Below are positions 60,701-64,000 of a DNA stretch of 64,000 bases, one piece after another. The position numbers and the translations under genes are program-made. Source of the DNA: Amoebophrya sp. A120 (taxonomy: Eukaryota > Protista > Dinoflagellata); contig CAJINV010000014.1 in assembly GCA_905178155.1 (NCBI GenBank), forward strand, positions 716,116 through 780,115. The letters run 5' to 3'. The notes beneath the pieces were generated by a model. That model was given only the letters and a program-made list of their open reading frames with translations, had not been told where the DNA came from and made no database searches. Position 1 is the stretch's first letter. Every line of letters starts with the position of its first letter.

Positions 60701-63700
60701 CTAATTTTTGCTACGCGGAGAGGGCATTTGTCATGCGGAATAGGTATCAAGAATGCCTCAAAAAACCTGTGATGCTAGGGCATGCATCACAGACATCATG
60801 GCGCATGCAAACCATGCACGACAAGTCTCAGAATCTTCCAGACCCAGACATTTTTGCATTTGATACCTGCTGCAGCATCGCCACTGCGGTCGCGGGATCG
60901 GTTGCGCGAATGGTAGTTGCGACGTCAAGAACCGATCCTCCAGTACAACTTCTACATTGTTCTTGCTGTGCCTGTCCCGACCGCTCTGAAGAGCCACCGC
61001 GCCGACTGCCTTTCAGCTCGTCGCCAAGCTTCACATACCCATCGACCTGTTTCACATCGATTTTGTAGTCTTGGTCCTGCTCCTTCGCCGCATTGATTTC
61101 CTCCCGCTCGTCGGCATCGTCCGCCATCTCCGCGAAGTAGCGGCGGAGGTCCGCGGAGGTGAAAACGCCGTCCTCGTCCTTTACCTTTGCGGTCTTTTTA
61201 CCACTTTTCGCATTTTTTTCATCTTCTTTTTGGCCAACATTCTCATCGTCTTCTACATCGCTTGCCTCGCCGTCGTCGTCCTCCATTTCCTCTGCCTTTA
61301 GTTTCTCCGGCGCGCCCTCCAGCGGGTCCATACCCCACTCTTGCTCCAGCTGCCGCCGGATCTGTGCACTCGAGAACCAGCCCCCGAACAGAGCCAGGGT
61401 CTCGGGGTCGGCGGACCGGCACGTGTGCTCGCACGCGCCACACAGGATGTTGTAGAGCCCAAACAGCAACTGCTTCTTCTTTTTCACCGCTTTAGGCGAT
61501 GTTAACTCTACCTCGGCCTGTCGGTCCTGGTCTTTCAGCCCCTGCAGGGTAAGGTGAAAAAAAATCTTCAAGTTTAACAACTCCCCGTCGTCCGCAATGT
61601 TGAGCCCCAAATTTACGGCCGCGTGTTCCGGTGTGTACAGAATGTAGTCCTTGTTCAACTGCTTCTGGTCCGCGAGCTGCCGCTCGCGCACTTGCCTGGA
61701 CAGGATCCGCTTCGCCTCTGCCGAAGCCAGACACGAACTGTTTTTCGTGCCGCGTGTGGTCTTTTGCTTCTGGTCCTTTTGCTCTTGCAATCTAACATCG
61801 TCCGCCAAGCCCGTCAAAAACAGTTTCCGCATCGCCGAGGCGTTGGCACTTAGCTCCAGCGTGCCAGGCACAATGCCCACCTCGTTGTCCGAAGTACCCG
61901 GCGCGGTCAATTGGTACCAGCACTTCGGCGAAATTTCCGAAGTGGGGACGCCAAACACCTTCAGCAGACGCTGCAAAATGGTCTCGATCTCCGCGAATTG
62001 GCGATAGTGGAAAAACCGCTTGCGCAGGTCCTCCAACAGGAAGGCGACGGAGAGCGCGAATGCGTGGCCGAAGTGCTCCACGACGTAGTGTCGCTTCAGG
62101 TAGCCTTTCTCCACCGTGGCTGCGATGAAGTCGAACGCTTCGGTCACGGACGCGTAAAAGAGTATCACATTCCCATACTGCTTCTCCAGGTTCTGCCCCT
62201 CGTGCTGGTCGTGGACCACGCTATTAGTATCATCTGCTTGTTGTTCCTTCCTCTTGCGGTTGTACCACTTGTTGCCTTTTTCGCGTAGCCGTTCCTCCTT
62301 CTTCGTGCCGTCGCCGTCGTAGTCGTCCGCACAGGACACTTTCTCCACCTCCGTCGCGAGCCGCGCGTTGAAGCGGGTCGCCAGGTTCCGCAGCATGTCC
62401 TCCCGCTTGTCGGATACGAGCGCGCTTTTGCGCCAAAACTTCGCGTGCATGTCGTCGATCAGGGCCAGGATCTGCCACAGGCCGTCGGTCTCCACGAAGG
62501 ACACGAATCCGGTGTCGATCACCCGAAACACGCGGGCCCGGATGGTGGCCAGCAGCACAAAGTCCAGCTCTTCCAAAGTTTCGGACGACAAGAGGTCTGT
62601 CAAATTCTTTTTGCTGTACTCCTTCGTTGTAGTTTGTTCGGTACAGGTGCTTGTCGTACTACTAGCGGTCGCACTAGCAGTCGCAGAAGTGGTTTTAATA
62701 CCGGCACGTTGATCAACATCGCCAGCCCCCTGGGCGGGTTCCAAGCCCAGTCCTGCTAACGCTACGGCCAATCCATCAACGTCAACATCTTTCACTTTGT
62801 TTATTTTGCCCTCCCCTTCGTCCGCAACCGCAACCGCATCATGACCACAAAAAGCATAATCCTGGTCCGGAATCAGCCCCGGGGGTTCGCGGTTCTTCAT
62901 CTCCTTGAGCACTTTGCCGGGCGAAAACAGCTTGTGCTCGTAGAAGAACATCTTCAGCTTCCGCTCGGCCTGCTCAAACGCTTCCTGACTTAGCAGCACG
63001 AAAACTTCCTCCAGCACCGCCTCCACGGCCCCTTCCGCGTGGTCCTTTTGCGCCGCCGTGAGCTTCTCGGCCTCCGCAGTCAGCTCCGCGAGCAAAGCCG
63101 GCTCGCCCGCCAGTTCCTCCACGAGAATCACGGGCAGTGTCCAAGAACTTCTTATCCAGAGCAAAAACGTCCCCAACCGCCCAGAGTTGTCATGCAAAGC
63201 AGCAAGCTTAAAATGTCCCACATGCGCAACCCCATGAGAGCCATTTTCTAATGCTATCTGCAGACTTGTCATGGTAGAATCAGGATGAGGTAGTCAGTTT
63301 GTGATGCAACTGCACTAGCTAAACAGGATTTTTACTCTACGAGACCAAACTTGTCATGCTCGACAACCAAAACTTGTGGATCATTTCTGTAGCAGATTGA
63401 CTATGGGGTCGGGGACGATTTTGCTTAGGATACAACTTCTACCGTGATTTTTCACGTCGACCTTAGAAGTTGTTGACGGCGGACTGTCGTCCTCCGGCGA
63501 CGGTGCTGCGGTAGAAGCCGCACCGCTGCTGCTCCCGGGTGATTGCGGCGGAGATGATGCTGAACTGCTTGTGCAAGAGTCTTCATTCCGTGCGGATAGA
63601 GTTGAGGTTTTTCTGTTGTTCGTGAGGACCTCCGGTGCAGGAGGCTTTTTACCAGCATAATTTCGACCACGATTGATTGACGCTGTATCTACTTCTCTCG

Positions 63701-63911
63701 TCCTCCGCTGCTCGAATTCAGCGTGTCGTTCCTCGATGCACTTCAGCGTGCCCATAAAGACCGCCCGCGAGACGGCGTGCTTCGAGTGAATCGAAACGGG
63801 AATGCACCCGTGGCCGTCCTTCGTGAAGATGTGGTGAGACCCGGTGATGCGATCGCACGCCCATCCGGTGTGCTCCAGAATTTTCTGGAGGGAGCGGTAG
63901 GAGGCGGCCAT
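54795..63911 (-). CDS. ~2,224-aa multidomain protein: N-terminal HicA-like domain, helical regions, two SH3/KOW-like repeats, C-terminal HTH-like motif; 11 exons
   Basis: Removing 9 introners (+5 nt each) and GT-AG intron 55421-55637 leaves 6,675 nt, open to TAG at 54795. The frame stays open to the window end, so the start could lie further upstream. Confidence 0.75.
54913..55172. mobile_element. Introner family A
   Basis: TSD ccaag; close to 60604-60865. Confidence 0.92.
55828..56065. mobile_element. Introner family A (degenerate)
   Basis: TSD cgggc/gaggc; in frame. Confidence 0.78.
56467..56617. mobile_element. Introner family B
   Basis: TSD cgccc. Confidence 0.9.
57028..57322. mobile_element. 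Introner family A (degenerate)
   Basis: TSD tgcct/cgcct; frame SGQA|LNGK. Confidence 0.82.
57530..57819. mobile_element. Introner family F (degenerate)
   Basis: Left TIR ACAACTCCCCCTCCC; TSD lost; the +5 rule restores the frame. Confidence 0.65.
58292..58437. mobile_element. Introner family B
   Basis: TSD cagac. Confidence 0.92.
58549..58806. mobile_element. Introner family A
   Basis: TSD cggtg. Confidence 0.92.
60604..60865. mobile_element. Introner family A
   Basis: TSD cctgc. Confidence 0.92.
63153..63432. mobile_element. Introner family C
   Basis: TSD cttct/caact; joins the HicA exon in frame to the 814-aa ORF. Confidence 0.82.
63729..63911 (-). other. HicA-like (dsRBD-fold mRNA interferase) domain
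   Basis: YRSLQKILEHTGWACDRITGSHHIFTKDGHGCIPVSIH...VFMGTLK matches the HicA pattern L...G(W/F)...R..GSH..F.......VP.H, including the catalytic His. Confidence 0.8.
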
Positions 63912-64000
63912 ATTGATGAATCCTTTTAGAAGTGTAGTAGTAGTTGTTTCGTTGACTTTCTGTTTGTCTGTTTCTCGCTGCACCAGAAGTAGTACAATCA

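Noticed and set aside
6933-60865. CRISPR-like array of ~30-bp repeats
   Set aside because: The repeats are dispersed inverted pairs ~250 bp apart with TSDs, not tandem direct repeats with spacers, and there are no cas genes.
1-61068. Recurrent peptides in the ORF track ([47 protein letters not shown]) suggesting a repeat-protein family
   Set aside because: They are translations of the introner TIRs in different frames, not protein domains.
1-64000. tRNA, rRNA or dinoflagellate spliced-leader relics
   Set aside because: None recognised by eye; tRNAscan-SE and Infernal would be needed to exclude them.

Overview
This is eukaryotic genomic DNA. Its architecture closely matches the parasitic dinoflagellate Amoebophrya (Syndiniales); that assignment is inferred, not searched. 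All credible genes lie on the minus strand: a >4,000-aa uncharacterised protein, a CDK-like kinase with a WW domain, COG6, a TTLL3/8-type tubulin glycylase, a ~2,220-aa protein with an N-terminal HicA-like toxin domain and a C-terminal HTH, and several unknown ORFs. About 62 MITE-like introner elements (110-340 bp, roughly nine terminal-inverted-repeat families) interrupt the coding sequences. Nearly all have TAT(C/G)...(C/G)ATA ends, a 5-bp target-site duplication (TSD) and many internal TGTVWTGC motifs. Removing each element plus one TSD copy restores the reading frame at every junction I checked, including 26 consecutive junctions in one gene. They therefore behave as non-GT-AG introns that work in either orientation. 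One introner carries a nested 2.45-kb retroposon-like insert with an 11-bp TSD. Gene models were built by hand and have no transcript support.
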